The position numbers were made by a program, and so were the translations under genes. This document shows, piece by piece, positions 1 to 13,215 of a stretch of DNA of 40,254 nucleotides; position 1 is the first letter of the stretch, and each line of letters opens with the position of its first letter. The notes under the pieces were generated by a model. That model was given only the letters and a program-made list of their open reading frames with translations. It was not told where the DNA came from and did not search any database. This stretch comes from Octopus sinensis (Eukaryota), in NCBI RefSeq assembly GCF_006345805.1, contig NW_021835426.1:1-40254 (forward strand), written 5' to 3'.

Positions 1-38
<38 letters not shown>

Positions 39-108
39 ATGTATGTATGTATATGTATGTATACACATATGCAAACATCTATATATAGGTAAATACGTAT
101 ACACATAC

Positions 109-145
<37 letters not shown>

Positions 146-195
146 AAAATGGGTATACATCTACACACATATATATATATATATACACAACACAC

Positions 196-228
<33 letters not shown>

Positions 229-702
229 TATACAAATACATCCATATACAGACATTTACTTTTACGTTTATATATATATATATGTGTGTATGTATATATA
301 TATATATATATATATATACGAACTCATCTCAAGGGCACATGTGTGCATATACATACATATATATATGTGTGTATCTATGTATGTCTATACACACACATAA
401 ATATATGCCTATATATGTTGGTATATATGTGTATTTACAAGTCTATGAGTTCGTTGTTACAATTTAAGAGGTGTATTCTATTCTTCTGCAATTCTTGAAA
501 GTCGTCCAATTGGAAGCATTCCGACTTTGGCCACACCAAACAATCTTCCAAACATTCAGAATATTTATTCTAATGCCAGATTTTCGTTTTTCACACCTAT
601 AATAATCATAAGCAGTGAAAATATAATACGTACGTATGTATATGTACGCATCTATACACACACAATTTCACCCCTCCCACCATCATGCACCTATGTGACT
701 AT

Positions 703-754
<52 letters not shown>

Positions 755-849
755 TATTCATACATACATGCACACATACATAGATACATGTATAACATAC
801 ATTATATATATGTGTGTGTTATATATATAACATATAAATATGTATACAT

Positions 850-940
<91 letters not shown>

Positions 941-1213
941 ATATAATATTTGTGCAGACCTATGTATGCTGCCTATATATTATTATATATATATATATAT
1001 ATATATAGGTTGTGTGTGTATGTATGTGTGTGTATGTTTGTGTGCCTTTACACAGTCACGTACATACACACCAAAACAAACAACTGTCCGCAAAATAAAT
1101 AATTTTGTTTTATACCTCTCAAGTGTTTTCCTTCAGAATCACCACAGATATGATATATATTTCTCTTATATTACACCTCTGTGTATGCATGTCCGTCTGT
1201 CTGAATATATATC

Positions 1214-1247
<34 letters not shown>

Positions 1248-1390
1248 ATAATATATATTATATGTATGTAGTCACACATACATATATATACAACACTATA
1301 AAGGAATATATAAATATATATATATGTGTGTTTGTGTGTAAATATGTGTCTTGTTTTGCATATATGTTTGTGCGCATATATACACGCATG

Positions 1391-1421
<31 letters not shown>

Positions 1422-1440
1422 TGTGTGTGTGAGTACAAAC
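1..1440. repeat. Compound (TA)n/(CA)n microsatellite-rich block
   Basis: Direct reading. Confidence 0.9.
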
Positions 1441-2083
1441 ATTAAAATATAGCTGAACATTAATATGCAAGTGTCCGTACACACAAATGCCTTGAGACAC
1501 CTGTACACAGGTATTCTCATATGTTCGCCTGTATCTGCGTGCACGTGTGTATGTTCGTGTGCGTGCGGGTGACTGTGTGTTACACAGTTGTAGATTCATC
1601 TTTTCACCCCTACTCTCTTTCCCTCCTCTTCCCTTCTTCCTTGTTCTTCTTTCTTCTTCCCTCTTCCCCCTCTCTCTTTCTCTCTTCTCCCTCATTCCCC
1701 TTCTCTTCCCCTCCTCCTCCTCTTCCTCTCCCCTCATTTCCCCTCCTCTTCCTCTCCCTCTCCCCTACTATCCCTCTAGCGTCTATCGTCTGACCTCTAA
1801 CGTTTGGCCTCCGATCTCTGACTTCTCCTGAAATCAGAACGCCATGTTGGATCGTTAGGCCCTACACGCAATTTTTCTCTCTCCTTGTTTCTCTCCTTGC
1901 TTCTTTTCTGTGTATCTTTCTGTCGAAGGCTCGAAACGTAAAATACTTTTTCTATTTCTATTCCTGAGCGCCATACTAATACATTGTTTGTTTGTCTCCA
2001 CCTGCCTTCGTCTTTTGTTTATTTTCGTAAACCTTCCCGTTATATAATATATATAATAATATATATATATAATATAATATATA

Positions 2084-2128
<45 letters not shown>

Positions 2129-2405
2129 ATATATAATGAGTGTGGTGTTGTGTGTGTGTGCGTATGTTTGTGTGTGGGTGGCGTGTGTGTATACATTCAC
2201 ATCTAAAGAATATATCACTCAAAAATATGCAAACGTTCTTCCATTCAACCATTTATCCATCCGTATATCACACTCTCTCTTTCTGTCTGTCTGTCTGTCT
2301 GTCAATATATATATGTGTGTGTGTGTGTGTATGAATGCATTTATAAGTATATATCAATGTACGTGAATGCATATATATACATATGTATATATATATATGT
2401 ATGTA

Positions 2406-2464
<59 letters not shown>

Positions 2465-2667
2465 TTGTGTCTGAGTGTCTGTGTGTCTCTGCGTCTGTGT
2501 GTATATGTATACGTGTATACTTATACATGCGTGTGTGTCTGTATTCGTGTGTGCATACACTATATATGCATTCCGAAACGTACATATATCCTTACATAAA
2601 TGCATGCACAAAAACATATACGACTACAAAGGTATGCAATTCACTTAGATATATACATATATGTATA

Positions 2668-2735
<68 letters not shown>

Positions 2736-3223
2736 ATATATGTATATATATATAAAGCCATATATATATACACACACACATATATATATATATATATGTA
2801 TACACACACACACACACACACCACACATATATATATATATATATTATATAAATATATATAAACATATATATACCGTTGATAAGAAGACCCGTACATCGTT
2901 TCCATCTTAACGTATTTCCTAAGTGATTCTCATATGCCTACTTTCTCACGCTGACGTACGACATCATACACACACAGACACCCACCCACACACGCACACC
3001 CACACCTATACACCTACACACACACACTCATGCATGCACGTGCGCGCATTCAATCGCATATACACATACACACTCACAAACACAATCACAGTCTTACACT
3101 TTCGTATTCATAATTTCTATTTCTGTCATATATATAATATATATATATTATATTATATATATATATACATGTATATATATATATACATGTATATATATAT
3201 ACATGTATACATATATATATACG

Positions 3224-3257
<34 letters not shown>

Positions 3258-3274
3258 CATATATATATATATTA

Positions 3275-3314
<40 letters not shown>

Positions 3315-4170
3315 ATGTATATGTATGTATATATATAGTATATATTATGTATGCACGGACGTGAATAGAAGAAGAAAGCAAGTGCGTGCATGTTTGCAAT
3401 TTTTTTCTTTTTATCTGTTTGCTTTGAAGAACGTAGCTCTGAAATTGTCAAGAGATTTGTTTGGAACTCCGCCAAAGTGCATTTCTGAAGAATTCTCTCT
3501 GCTTTCTTATAGAATCTAGATAAGCAACGAGACATTTATTCTACACGTAATTCACTGAATGCTGCTTATATGATGTGGGGTTTTTTCTTAAAAGAAATCG
3601 TAGTTTTTCGTTTAAATATATATATATATAGATATATATTTGAAAACTATAACCTGGAAATATCTTAGTACAGAAATTTAAAGCATAAACTTTCAGGCAT
3701 CTGTAGATATATATTTGGTACATACATACATAAATACATACATATGTAACCGACCTGTCTGGAACAAAGTATGACTGAATTTGGGTTTCTTGTGGAGGGA
3801 ACGCAAATCTTTAATTCATACGCTGCAAATTGAGTCTATATGTTTGAGCATATAAATATGCAAGATATTCTTAATATTTAAAAGATTTATGAAGAAAACA
3901 AGAAATGTTCCTTCATAACCTTGTTAGGAAGCAGGTGGTCGTGCGAAATTTATTGACAGATAAAAAGAGAAATAGAACTTACATATTCATACACACACAT
4001 ACAAACATATATATATACATACACACATACACACATACATACAGTCAGACAGAGAGGCATGCATACATATACACATGCAGTCATCCATATTTAAATAATT
4101 TCTTCATTTTCACAGACGATAGCTGCATCACTGAGTTTATAGTCTAACGTCTGTGCGTCATTGGATTTAA

Positions 4171-4388
4171 CCCAATAGCGTTTACAATATTCTATCAAAA
4201 GCAATGCTTATTTCTTCGCATGTTTTGAATTAATCTTGCATTATCTTGCTGCTTTGAAAACTTGATGAAGTAACCATTACTTTTTAGAATGTTTTGTAGA
4301 GCTGCTGTGAGGGGCCATATTTGGACAGTTTGGACATGAAGCGGGTAGAATGTCTATGCTTGATATTGGCGCTTTAAACACTAAAGTG
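4171..4388. mobile_element. Old piggyBac-like MITE
   Basis: TTAA on both sides (4167-4170, 4389-4392). Degenerate TIRs CCCAATAGCGTTTA / CACTTTAGTGTTTA match at 10 of 14 positions. Confidence 0.6.
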
Positions 4389-4635
4389 TTAAGTGATAAA
4401 AGCTTGTACAACCATTTACCATTCCGTCAGCCGCCATAGTATTTTCCAGTTACAATCACAGCAGGATGACAAGTAATATTTTGACAGTTAGTCTTACTTT
4501 TCCCTCAGAGTAGCTTTCTTCTAGAAAAAACTGCTTGCTGTATCCTAGGAAAAGAGATTTAACCCATAATTCTATTCTACTCTAGGCACAACGCCCGAAT
4601 CTGGTAGTTACGTGACTGTTAATTAAGTTATAGAC

Positions 4636-4926
4636 TCCAAAAGGATGAAGGGCAAAGTCGACCTCGGCGGAATTTGAACTCAAAGTGTAACGACGGGCGA
4701 AATACCTATTTCTTTACTACCCACAAGGGGCTTAACACAGAGGGGACAAACAAGGATAGACAAACGGATTAAGTCTATTATATCGACCCCAGTGCGTAAC
4801 TGGTACTTATTTAATCGACCCCGAAAGGATGAAAGGCAAAGTCGACACGGGGGAAATTTGAACTCAGAACGTAAAGACAGACGAAATACCGCTAAGAATT
4901 TCGTCCGCTGTGCTACCGTTTCTGCA
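4636..4926 (-). mobile_element. SINE family B with a 184-bp tandem unit
   Basis: AAGGATGAA..GCAAAGTCGAC at 4641 and 4825. Confidence 0.85.
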
Positions 4927-5735
4927 TACACACACATACATACATATATATAATGCATACGTACATACACACACGCATACATACATGCATACGCACACAC
5001 ATACATACTTACATGTATACATACATACATACATTCAATACATACGTGCATACATACATACATACATACATACATGCATACATACATACATATATACATG
5101 CATACATACATACATATATACATGCATACATACATATATACATGCATACATACATACATATATACATGCATACATACATATATACATGCATACATACATG
5201 CATATATACATACACACACATGCATACATACATACAAACATGCATACATACACACACCTACATACATACATACATACAATACATATATAATACAATACAT
5301 ACATAAAATACATACATACATACACACACATGCATACATACACACACATGCATACACACACACACACATACATACATACACACACATACATACAATACAT
5401 ACAATACATACATACAATACATACATACATACACATACATATATACAATACATACATGCATACAATACACACATACATACACACACATGCATACATACAC
5501 ACACATACATACAATACATACACACATACATACATACATACATACATACATACATACATAACATACATACACACACACATGCATACATACACACACATAC
5601 ATACAATACATACACACATACATACATACATACATACATACATACATACATACATACATACATACTCACACACACATACATACATACATACATACATACA
5701 TACATACATGCATGCATGCATGCATACATACGTAC
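4927..5735. repeat. ~0.8-kb degenerate (CATA/TACA)n satellite
   Basis: Direct reading; it is the source of the long MYVC/HTYI pseudo-ORFs. Confidence 0.95.
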
Positions 5736-6199
5736 ACACAACAAGGACCATCCCGTCAGTCTGTCTATATTTATAACTACGTCATCTGACCTATAGAGTG
5801 TTGTTGTCTTGACTAAGATCTTCGCTTGTACCACTAACCTATGATTAAACATTTTGCAGCTATGTCCCATGAACATATATCCCCCTTACAGGCACAGTCT
5901 ATCTAGAATTACACCATTTAATGTGTAGCGTAATTACTGTGGTTATTATTAAGCCCTGGGTTAGTTTTCAAACAGCAAATATTCCAATCATTTTTTCTGG
6001 CACACATTCAAAGTGGAGAGGTATAAGTTGAGGGTGAATTGTCTGCTATTTTTAGTAGGTCAACACTATCATGCTTCTTTATATAACACTATATACTGAG
6101 TCTATATTATTAAATGTGTCCTTTATTCCAAGGTGTTAAGTTTAGTTTGATTTGAGGGAGCAACGGCGGAATGAGCTACCGCACAGAGCTTCCTTTGCC

Positions 6200-6500
6200 A
6201 AGAATCATCACCATTATCAACCGCTGTACATCCGTTAGTTGTCGGGTACATTAGTTCTTGGACACATCAAGCCGGGTACCCGGTTTACCTGGCGTACACT
6301 TGACCGAATAAAAAACACTGTACCTGGACGGAATGCTAGTCTCTTGCAGAGTTATTTCTTTACAGCTGAGCAGAATGAAACAACATGAATTGAGGTATTT
6401 CGTAGAAGAACACAACGCACCCTCTCGTCCGATCTGGGTATCGAAACTGCAATCTTGCGATTGTGATTGCTGCACTCTAACTATTAGAGTACGCGTCTTC
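6200..6500 (-). mobile_element. tRNA-headed SINE family C, degenerate
   Basis: CAGCTGAG..AACATGAATTGAGGTATTT..AGAACACAACGCA..TCGAAACTGCAATCTTGCGAT is the reverse complement of a tRNA head plus CORE-like block, shared with 7170-7296, 14275-14460, 37180-37290 and 39300-39470. Confidence 0.6.
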
Positions 6501-6699
6501 ATTGGTCCATCACAGGGTCATATGTTCCTTCGTTGATCAGGGGAGGAGGTTGAAATAGTATCAAGGATTTTGTGCGAGATTAATGTGGACTATAAACAGT
6601 GGCGACCCTGGGGCTGTCCCATCAAATTCTGGTGAAGGCCGTAAGTTTCAGAGTCCGTCGTTCCAATAGCCGATTATTCAATGAGTGCGTTTCATCAAC

Positions 6700-6757
6700 A
6701 ACATCGTCGACGTCGTCGTCAAGGCTGTTGTCATCGTCCTCACCGTGAATGTCGTCG

Positions 6758-6798
<41 letters not shown>

Positions 6799-6910
6799 GT
6801 CATCATCATTGTCATCATCATTGTTATCATCATTGTCATCATCATCGTCATCATCATCGTCATCATTATCATCATAATCGTCTTCGACGTCGTTATCATC
6901 ATCATCGCCA
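6700..6910. repeat. (CAT)n/(CGT)n trinucleotide tract
   Basis: Direct reading. Confidence 0.95.
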
Positions 6911-6974
6911 TTGAAAATTATCTCGAGCCATAAGAATTAATCCAAAGCCGGTTACCCAGTTGCCATACCATATA

Positions 6975-7120
6975 AATGACGGAGACACTAGCAGGGGTGA
7001 TCCGCCCCAGGCGGCACTTTTAAAGAGGTAGCACTTTTGGGTCTGCTGTAGGTAATATGTCTTTTGTTGGACCCGGGTTTGGTAAACAGAAGGGCCACTC
7101 CCGGCGCGGGGTGGCACATA
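6975..7120. mobile_element. Possible remnant of a GC-rich non-autonomous DNA element
   Basis: GC-rich island with a repeated GCACTTTT motif (GGCGGCACTTTT..GGTAGCACTTTTGGG). No intact TIR pair was found. Confidence 0.25.
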
Positions 7121-7169
7121 TTCTATTGGGAGAACCCTTCGTCAGAAGGTCACTCATTTAACAACTGAA

Positions 7170-7296
7170 AGGACAGGGTCAACGTGAAATGAAGTGTTTT
7201 GCTCAAGAGCAGAACCCACTGCCTGGTCCGATCCGGGAATCGAAACCGCAATCATGCGAGATGGTGGAGGAAACAGTCTGACCACTGAACCACGCT
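7170..7296 (-). mobile_element. SINE family C, head and core fragment
   Basis: CAACGTGAAATGAAGTGTTTTGCTCAAGA..CCGGGAATCGAAACCGCAATC. Confidence 0.65.
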
Positions 7297-7899
7297 TTTT
7301 CACTCATCAATCACTTTAATCGTTGTTTGTTAAATACATTCTAAAATTAAACAAAAAAAAAGAGTTGTGGCGGTGGGGGTAGTGGGAATAGCCACAAGAA
7401 TTCTATGGTGGATTAATCTGGATTATAAACAGTAATAACCCTGCAACAAATCCATCAAATTCTCGTGAAGGCCATAAACACCAAGGTTGTTCCAGTGGAC
7501 AATTATTTGACGAATAAGATTGAATCCAACAAAATTATTTTTAAAGCTTCTGGCAGAAACAATAAACTGAGAAATTTCTCGGTTAGAACCACCGTAAGCC
7601 CTTAATTCGTCCAAAAAAAAAAGAGAGAAAAAGAATATGATTAAAGGATGTTCATAACGAGATGAGAAGGTTTTCGACTGATCAAATTGATAAGGGCCCC
7701 CGCTTTCCCAGTAAAGTCAGATTTGTTACCAGCTTCCATTATGATGTATTGCACGAGGTTGAGGTGGTCGTCGTTAATGAATCTATTGGGGGATCAGGAT
7801 CACAAAGGTTTGCGCTAATAAAACAAAACATCGTAATTTTTGAGGGTCGTTGTGTTCTGTGTTTTTCTTTTGGTGGCCTTCAGAAGAATCGCAGCGGAG

Positions 7900-8580
7900 A
7901 GAGGGAGAGAGGGAGAGAGAGGGAGAGAGAGAGAGAGAGAGAGAGAAGCATCTCGAATAATTGTCTCGGGAGAAAGGATTAGAAGAGTTTTTATTGTTGT
8001 GGTGGTTGTTGTTGTTGTTGCTGTTGTTGCTGCTGCTGCTGCTACATATTATTCTGCTGCACATGATGATGTTGCACATGATGATGACGAGGAGGAGGGG
8101 AAGAGAGGAAGGAGGAGGCGGGGAGGAGAAGAGGTAGAGGAGGTGGGGGTGGGGTGATGAAGATGCAGGTGGAGAAGATAGAGGTGAAGAATACGGAGGC
8201 GGAGGAGGAGATGGAGGAGATAGAGGAGATAGAGGAGGAAGAGATCGAAGAGGAAGAGGAGTAGGAGGAGATGGAGGTGAAGGAGGAGGGGAGGAGATTG
8301 AGGTGGAGGAGGAGGGGATGAAAATGAGTTGGAGGTGATAGAGGATCGAGGAGGAAGAGGAGGGGTAGGAGATCGAGGTGGAGGAGGAGGAGGAAGAGGA
8401 GATCGAGGAAGAGATGGAGGAGGAGGGGAGAGAGCTTCGATGATCTTCATATTGAGGATTGTGGTGGTGGTGGTAGTGGCGGTGATGATGGTGCCGGTGT
8501 TACAGCGGTGGTGACCATAATGATGATTGATGATAACGATAATGGATGAGGCGGCAGCGGCGACGATAACGAAGATGATG
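7900..8580. repeat. (GA)n, (GTT)n, (GCT)n and degenerate purine-rich (GAG/GAT)n tracts
   Basis: Direct reading. Confidence 0.9.
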
Positions 8581-8840
8581 TTTAGCGCTCGGTAAAGCCC
8601 CAGTGAAGTAGGCCCTTTGACCTAATGCGTTGTAGCCACGGCCCTTCCTTCCTTCCTAAATACGGCGGTGGGACATTGGCTACTATTTCTGACTGATCAA
8701 GCAGACAGAGGAATCTCAATACAAGTGGCTCAAAGGCGTTGATGTCTTGTAATATAAACCCAAAACGATTACTGAACAAGGTGATCTTAGACAACCAGTG
8801 TTCCAGCCATAGCAACCTCGTCAATATCTTTCATCTTTTA

Positions 8841-9385
8841 AGGCGGCGAGCTGGCAGAATCGTTAGCATGCTGGACTAAATACTTAGTCGTATTTCGCCC
8901 GTCGCCACATTCTGAGTTCAAACTCCACCGAAGTCGACTTTGCCTTTCATCCTTTCGGGGTCGATTAAATAAGTACCAGTTACGCACTGGGATCGATATA
9001 ATCGAATTAATCCGTTTGTCTGTCTTTGTTTGTCCTCTCTGTGTTTAGCCCCTTGTTGGTAGTAAAGAAATAGGTATTTCGTCTGCCGTTACGTTCTAAG
9101 TTCAAATTCCGCCGAGGTCGACTTTGCCTTTCATCCTTTCGGGGTCGATTAAATAAGTACCAGTTACGCACTGGGGTCGATATAATCGACTTAATCCCTT
9201 TGTCTGTCCTTGTTTGTCCTCTCTGTGTTTAGCCCCTTGTGGGTAGTAAAGAAATAGGTATTTCGTCTGCCGCTACGTTCTGAGTTCAAATTCTGTCGAG
9301 GTCGACTTTGCCTGTCATTCTTTAGGGGTCGATTAAGTAAATACCAGTTACATACTGGAGTCGATGTAATTGACTTAATCCCTCC
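8841..9385 (+). mobile_element. SINE family B with head-to-tail 184-bp units (about 3)
   Basis: Head AGGCGGCGAGCTGGCAGAATCGTTAG, B-box GAGTTCAAA, central GCCTTTCATCCTTTCGGGGTCGAT..AAGTACCAG. TAGGTATTTC recurs at 9071 and 9255. Confidence 0.85.
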
Positions 9386-9391
9386 TCTTCA

Positions 9392-9625
9392 TCTTTTACT
9401 CGTTTCAGTCATGGGACTGCGGCTATGCTGGTGCAATGTGATAAAGGACTTTTATTCGAGCAAATAGACCCTTTGTGCTTCTATCTTTTTGTAAAATATC
9501 GTCCTTCTATCGGGTCCTTTGCTCAACTGCTATGTTACGGTGTGGTAAATAAACCAACACCAAGCGGAATCGGGGACAAATACAATGAAACACACTCACA
9601 CACACACACACACACGCACAAAAGC
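9392..9625 (-). mobile_element. SINE family A, degenerate 3' half
   Basis: TTTTACTCGTTTCAGTCATGGGACTGCGGCTATGCTGG matches the family tail. Confidence 0.7.
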
Positions 9626-9999
9626 ATATACATATATGTATATATATATATATAGTCAATAATAAGGATAAAATTAATTAATTAATTAGTAATTAATAAT
9701 TTTACCGAGCAGTGTTCAGTACGTAAAAGAACCATTTACGGTTAATTTAAACATTACTTTATATAATTAGGGTTCAGCAAAAAAAAGTTGCTTTGCCACA
9801 TAGTGAACTTTTAGAAATGGCAGCCAAAGAATTTAGCTATTTCCTCTATTATAAGAAGAGTCTCCCAGACAATGTATACTCAAAAACAATTCACGTAGGC
9901 ATGGAGGGAAAAATACCGAAAGTTCATTCGAAATTAGATTACTTGTGAACGCGTCTCTGGGTTTATCAGATATAGAGATGCTAGAAATACATCCCTATT

Positions 10000-10049
<50 letters not shown>

Positions 10050-10086
10050 ATATATATGTACATATATATATATATGTATATATATA

Positions 10087-10140
10087 CGACCTTACAATCA
10101 TGAGCCGAATGCCCCTAACCACTAAGCCACGCGCCTTCAC
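10087..10140 (-). mobile_element. SINE family C, 5' head fragment
   Basis: Reverse complement GTGAAGGCGCGTGGCTTAGTGGTTAGGGGCATTCGGCTCATGATTGTAAGGTCG contains an A-box and is tRNA-like. Confidence 0.7.
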
Positions 10141-10586
10141 CTCATCATCATCTTCATAATCGCCATCACCATAACTACCATTAACTGCACCAAAATCAAC
10201 ATCCTCATCGCGATTATCATCTTTGCAATCGTCGTACAAATCATCAACAACATCGTCATTATTCTCACAACCATCATCGTAGTGGCCATGATACCCGTCC
10301 TCTTCTTTCCGTACCCCTCCTCCACCTCTTCCTTCTCTTTTCGTCCATCTATTTTCCCCTCCTCCCCCTTTTTCCTCCTCCTTCACCTCTTCCTCCTCCT
10401 CCCCCTTTTTCCTCCTCCTTCACCTCTTCCTCCTCCTCCTTCCCTTCTTCTTCCCTCTTCCTCCTTCTCCTTAGCATCGCCATCATCTTCGCCATCGTCG
10501 TGATATCGACATCATCGTCATCATCTTCATCTTTATCATCATCATCATCATCATCATCATCATCTCATCATCATTGTCATCATCAA

Positions 10587-10635
<49 letters not shown>

Positions 10636-10796
10636 TTCATTGTCATCATCAACATCATCATCATCATCGTCATCATCATCATCATACTCATCGCCAATCT
10701 CAATCGTATGCGTTTCGTTTGCATTCAATCAATCATTCGCTACGCTGAAATTAACATCACAGCAGTAGTGGCAGCAGCAGCCGCAGCAGCAGCAAC

Positions 10797-10861
<65 letters not shown>

Positions 10862-10885
10862 CAGCAGCAGCAGCGGCATCAGCAG
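10140..10885. repeat. Degenerate (CAT)n, (CCT)n, (AGT)n and (GCA)n tracts
   Basis: Direct reading. Confidence 0.9.
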
Positions 10886-11024
10886 CGGTAAGGATTTGAG
10901 TAACGCCGACATTTCCAAACCTACTTAACATAGTAACCAAGAATTTGACCATAGCAACAGCGACTACAGATCTTAAGACGTTGTTACTTAAACCAAACTC
11001 TGACAATATATATATATCCTTCTA

Positions 11025-11235
11025 TTTTTTTTACTTGTTTCAATCATTTGATTCTGGCCATACTGGAGCACCGCCTTTAGTTTTAACCAATCGACCCCAG
11101 GACGTATTCTTTGTAAGCCTAGTAGTCATTCTATCGTCGGTGTCCTTTGTCGAACCGCAACATTACGGAATCGTAAACACACCAACGTCGGTTGTCAAGC
11201 GATGGTGAAGGGGAAAACATAGACACACATATACA
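11025..11235 (-). mobile_element. SINE family A, 3' half
   Basis: Family tail and body, in tandem with the 11244-11645 copy. Confidence 0.8.
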
Positions 11236-11243
11236 TTCACATA

Positions 11244-11645
11244 TCTCTTTACTCTTTTACTTGTTTCAGTCATTTGACTGCGGCCTTGCTGGAGCACCGC
11301 CTTTAAACGAGCAACTCGACCCCGGGACTTATTCTTTTGTAAGCCCAGTACTTATTCTATCGGTCTCTTTTGTCGAACCGCTAAGTAACGGGAACATAAA
11401 TACACCAGCATCGGTTGTCAAGCAATGTTGGGGTGACAAACACAGATACACAAACACACACACACGCATACACATATATATACATATATACGACGGGCTT
11501 TTTTCAGTTTCCGTCTACCAAATCCACTCACAAGGCTTTGGTCGGCCCGGGGCTATAGCAGAAGACACTTGCCCAAGAAGCCACGCAGTGGGACTGAACC
11601 CGGAACCATGTGGTTGGTAAACAAGCTACTTACCACACAGCCACT
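11244..11645 (-). mobile_element. SINE family A, full length
   Basis: Reverse complement of the 20995-21416 family from head to tail. Confidence 0.85.
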
Positions 11646-11719
11646 ATGAACGTAGAAAGCAGGTTCATAAAGAAAACGACAACGAAAGCAACAATAGAAA
11701 TAATTCTATCTTTATATAG

Positions 11720-12310
11720 GCACGAGGTACGAGTCGATTATATCGATCCCAATACACGACTAGTACAGTGCATTTTATTGACCTCGGAAAGATGAGTGGC
11801 AATATTGAGTTTCAGCGTGATTCGAAACCAGAACTTTAAAACTAGGATCATAATAATGGTTAAACATTTTGACACAACACCAGCAGGCTTGTGGGAGGAA
11901 GCAGGCCAATTACATCGACCCCAGTGATCAACTAGTATTTATTCTATCGATCCTGAAAGGATGAAAGGTAAAGTTGACCTCGGTGGAATTTGAACTCAGA
12001 ACGTAAAAACGGACGAAATGCCGCCAAGCATTTTACTCCACGTGCTAGCGACTCTGCCAGATCACCACCGTGCCATTAATGATAATATTGGTTTCAAGTT
12101 TTGGCAAAAGGCCAGAAATTTTGAGTGAGTGGATAAGGCGATTATATCGGACCCCAGAACTCGACCGATACTTATTTTAGCGATCCGACAGGAGGAAAGA
12201 CAAAGTGAACTTCCCAAGAATTTAAATTCAGAACATTAAGACGGACGAAATACCGCTAAGCATTTTACCCGGCATATTAACAATTCTGTCTGCTCGCTGA
12301 CTTGAAGCAA
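11720..12310 (-). mobile_element. Three consecutive degenerate SINE family B copies
   Basis: Repeated ATCGACCCC..TACTT..AAGGATGAAAGG..GAATTTGAACTCAGAAC-like blocks at ~11735, ~11915 and ~12140. Confidence 0.7.
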
Positions 12311-12334
12311 TTGTAATAATGACGATGAAGATTT

Positions 12335-12640
12335 AATTTATTGGTCACAAAGGCCCAAAATATGCAAGACAATATCAAAGGGAAAGATACAACAAACAGT
12401 CAGATCAATGAACACTACAATGAACACTACACTACAACAATAACGATATAACAAGGGAATATAAAAATATAAATTATAATAAATTCTTAATACATAAATA
12501 AAATATGTCATGGCGAGGTAGTCCACTTAGGGTAATTCGGGTATAAACCCCACACAAAATATTCCGGAATAGTCTGTCATTGCAAAGACATGAGAAGGGC
12601 CATCTTCCAGATTTTTCCTTCCACTCAGAAAAGCATACAC
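12335..12640 (-). mobile_element. Possible degenerate LINE (L1/Tx1-like) 3' UTR
   Basis: Minus strand ends GTGACCAATAAATTAAA with an AATAAA signal. The family resemblance is from memory only, and no coding motif was recovered. Confidence 0.3.
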
Positions 12641-12694
12641 AGAATAGATGTATTCAGGCTCACAGGTCTTGGCACTCTTGAATAATGATAAGGA

Positions 12695-13007
12695 TGCTGC
12701 TGCTGCTGCTGCTGCTGATGATGACGAAGATGACGATGACGATGATGATGATGGTGGTGGTGGTGATGACGACGACGATTTCTATAATTGCGTAGAAGAA
12801 TCCAAAAAGACATTGAAGACAATATCAAAGAACGAAATACAACACACAATCGATCAACAATAACGACAATAATAATAATAATAATATAATAATAATAATA
12901 AGAATAAGAATAAGAATAAGAAGAAGAAGAAGAAGAAGAAGAAGAATAGTAACAGCAACAGCAACAACGGCAGCAATAACAACAAGAACAACAACAATAA
13001 TAATAAC

Positions 13008-13074
<67 letters not shown>

Positions 13075-13135
13075 TGATAATAATAATAATAATAATCCAG
13101 CAGCAAAAGTGACTTGCAGTAGCGATAGCATAGGC

Positions 13136-13182
<47 letters not shown>

Positions 13183-13215
13183 CAGTAGTAGTAGAGGTCG
13201 TAGCAACATTAATAG
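12695..13215. repeat. Compound trinucleotide block: (GCT)(GAT)(AAT)(AAG)(AAC)(AGT)
   Basis: Direct reading. Confidence 0.9.

Noticed and set aside
149-3519. Numerous YI/HT/CV-rich ORFs here and throughout the window
   Set aside because: Dinucleotide repeats lack stop codons in most frames, so these are artefacts.
3360-3540. Unique minus-strand frame [22 protein letters not shown]..
   Set aside because: Short, with no recognisable domain or clear splice pair.
4680-5876. 398-aa ORF and the overlapping 100-240-aa ORFs
   Set aside because: They are translations of the (CATA)n satellite plus SINE B sequence and contain no protein motif.
8049-8514. Pro-rich and Glu/Gly-rich ORFs
   Set aside because: Degenerate (GAG/GAT)n tract; the Glu-rich frame hits TAG at ~8262 and there is no splice or homology support.
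8841-9385. CRISPR-like array or prokaryotic origin for the regular repeats
   Set aside because: The units are whole 184-bp SINE segments without unique spacers, there are no cas genes, and the context is eukaryotic.
10087-10140. tRNA gene (also considered for the SINE A and B heads)
   Set aside because: The cloverleaf is incomplete and the sequence continues into or matches SINE bodies.
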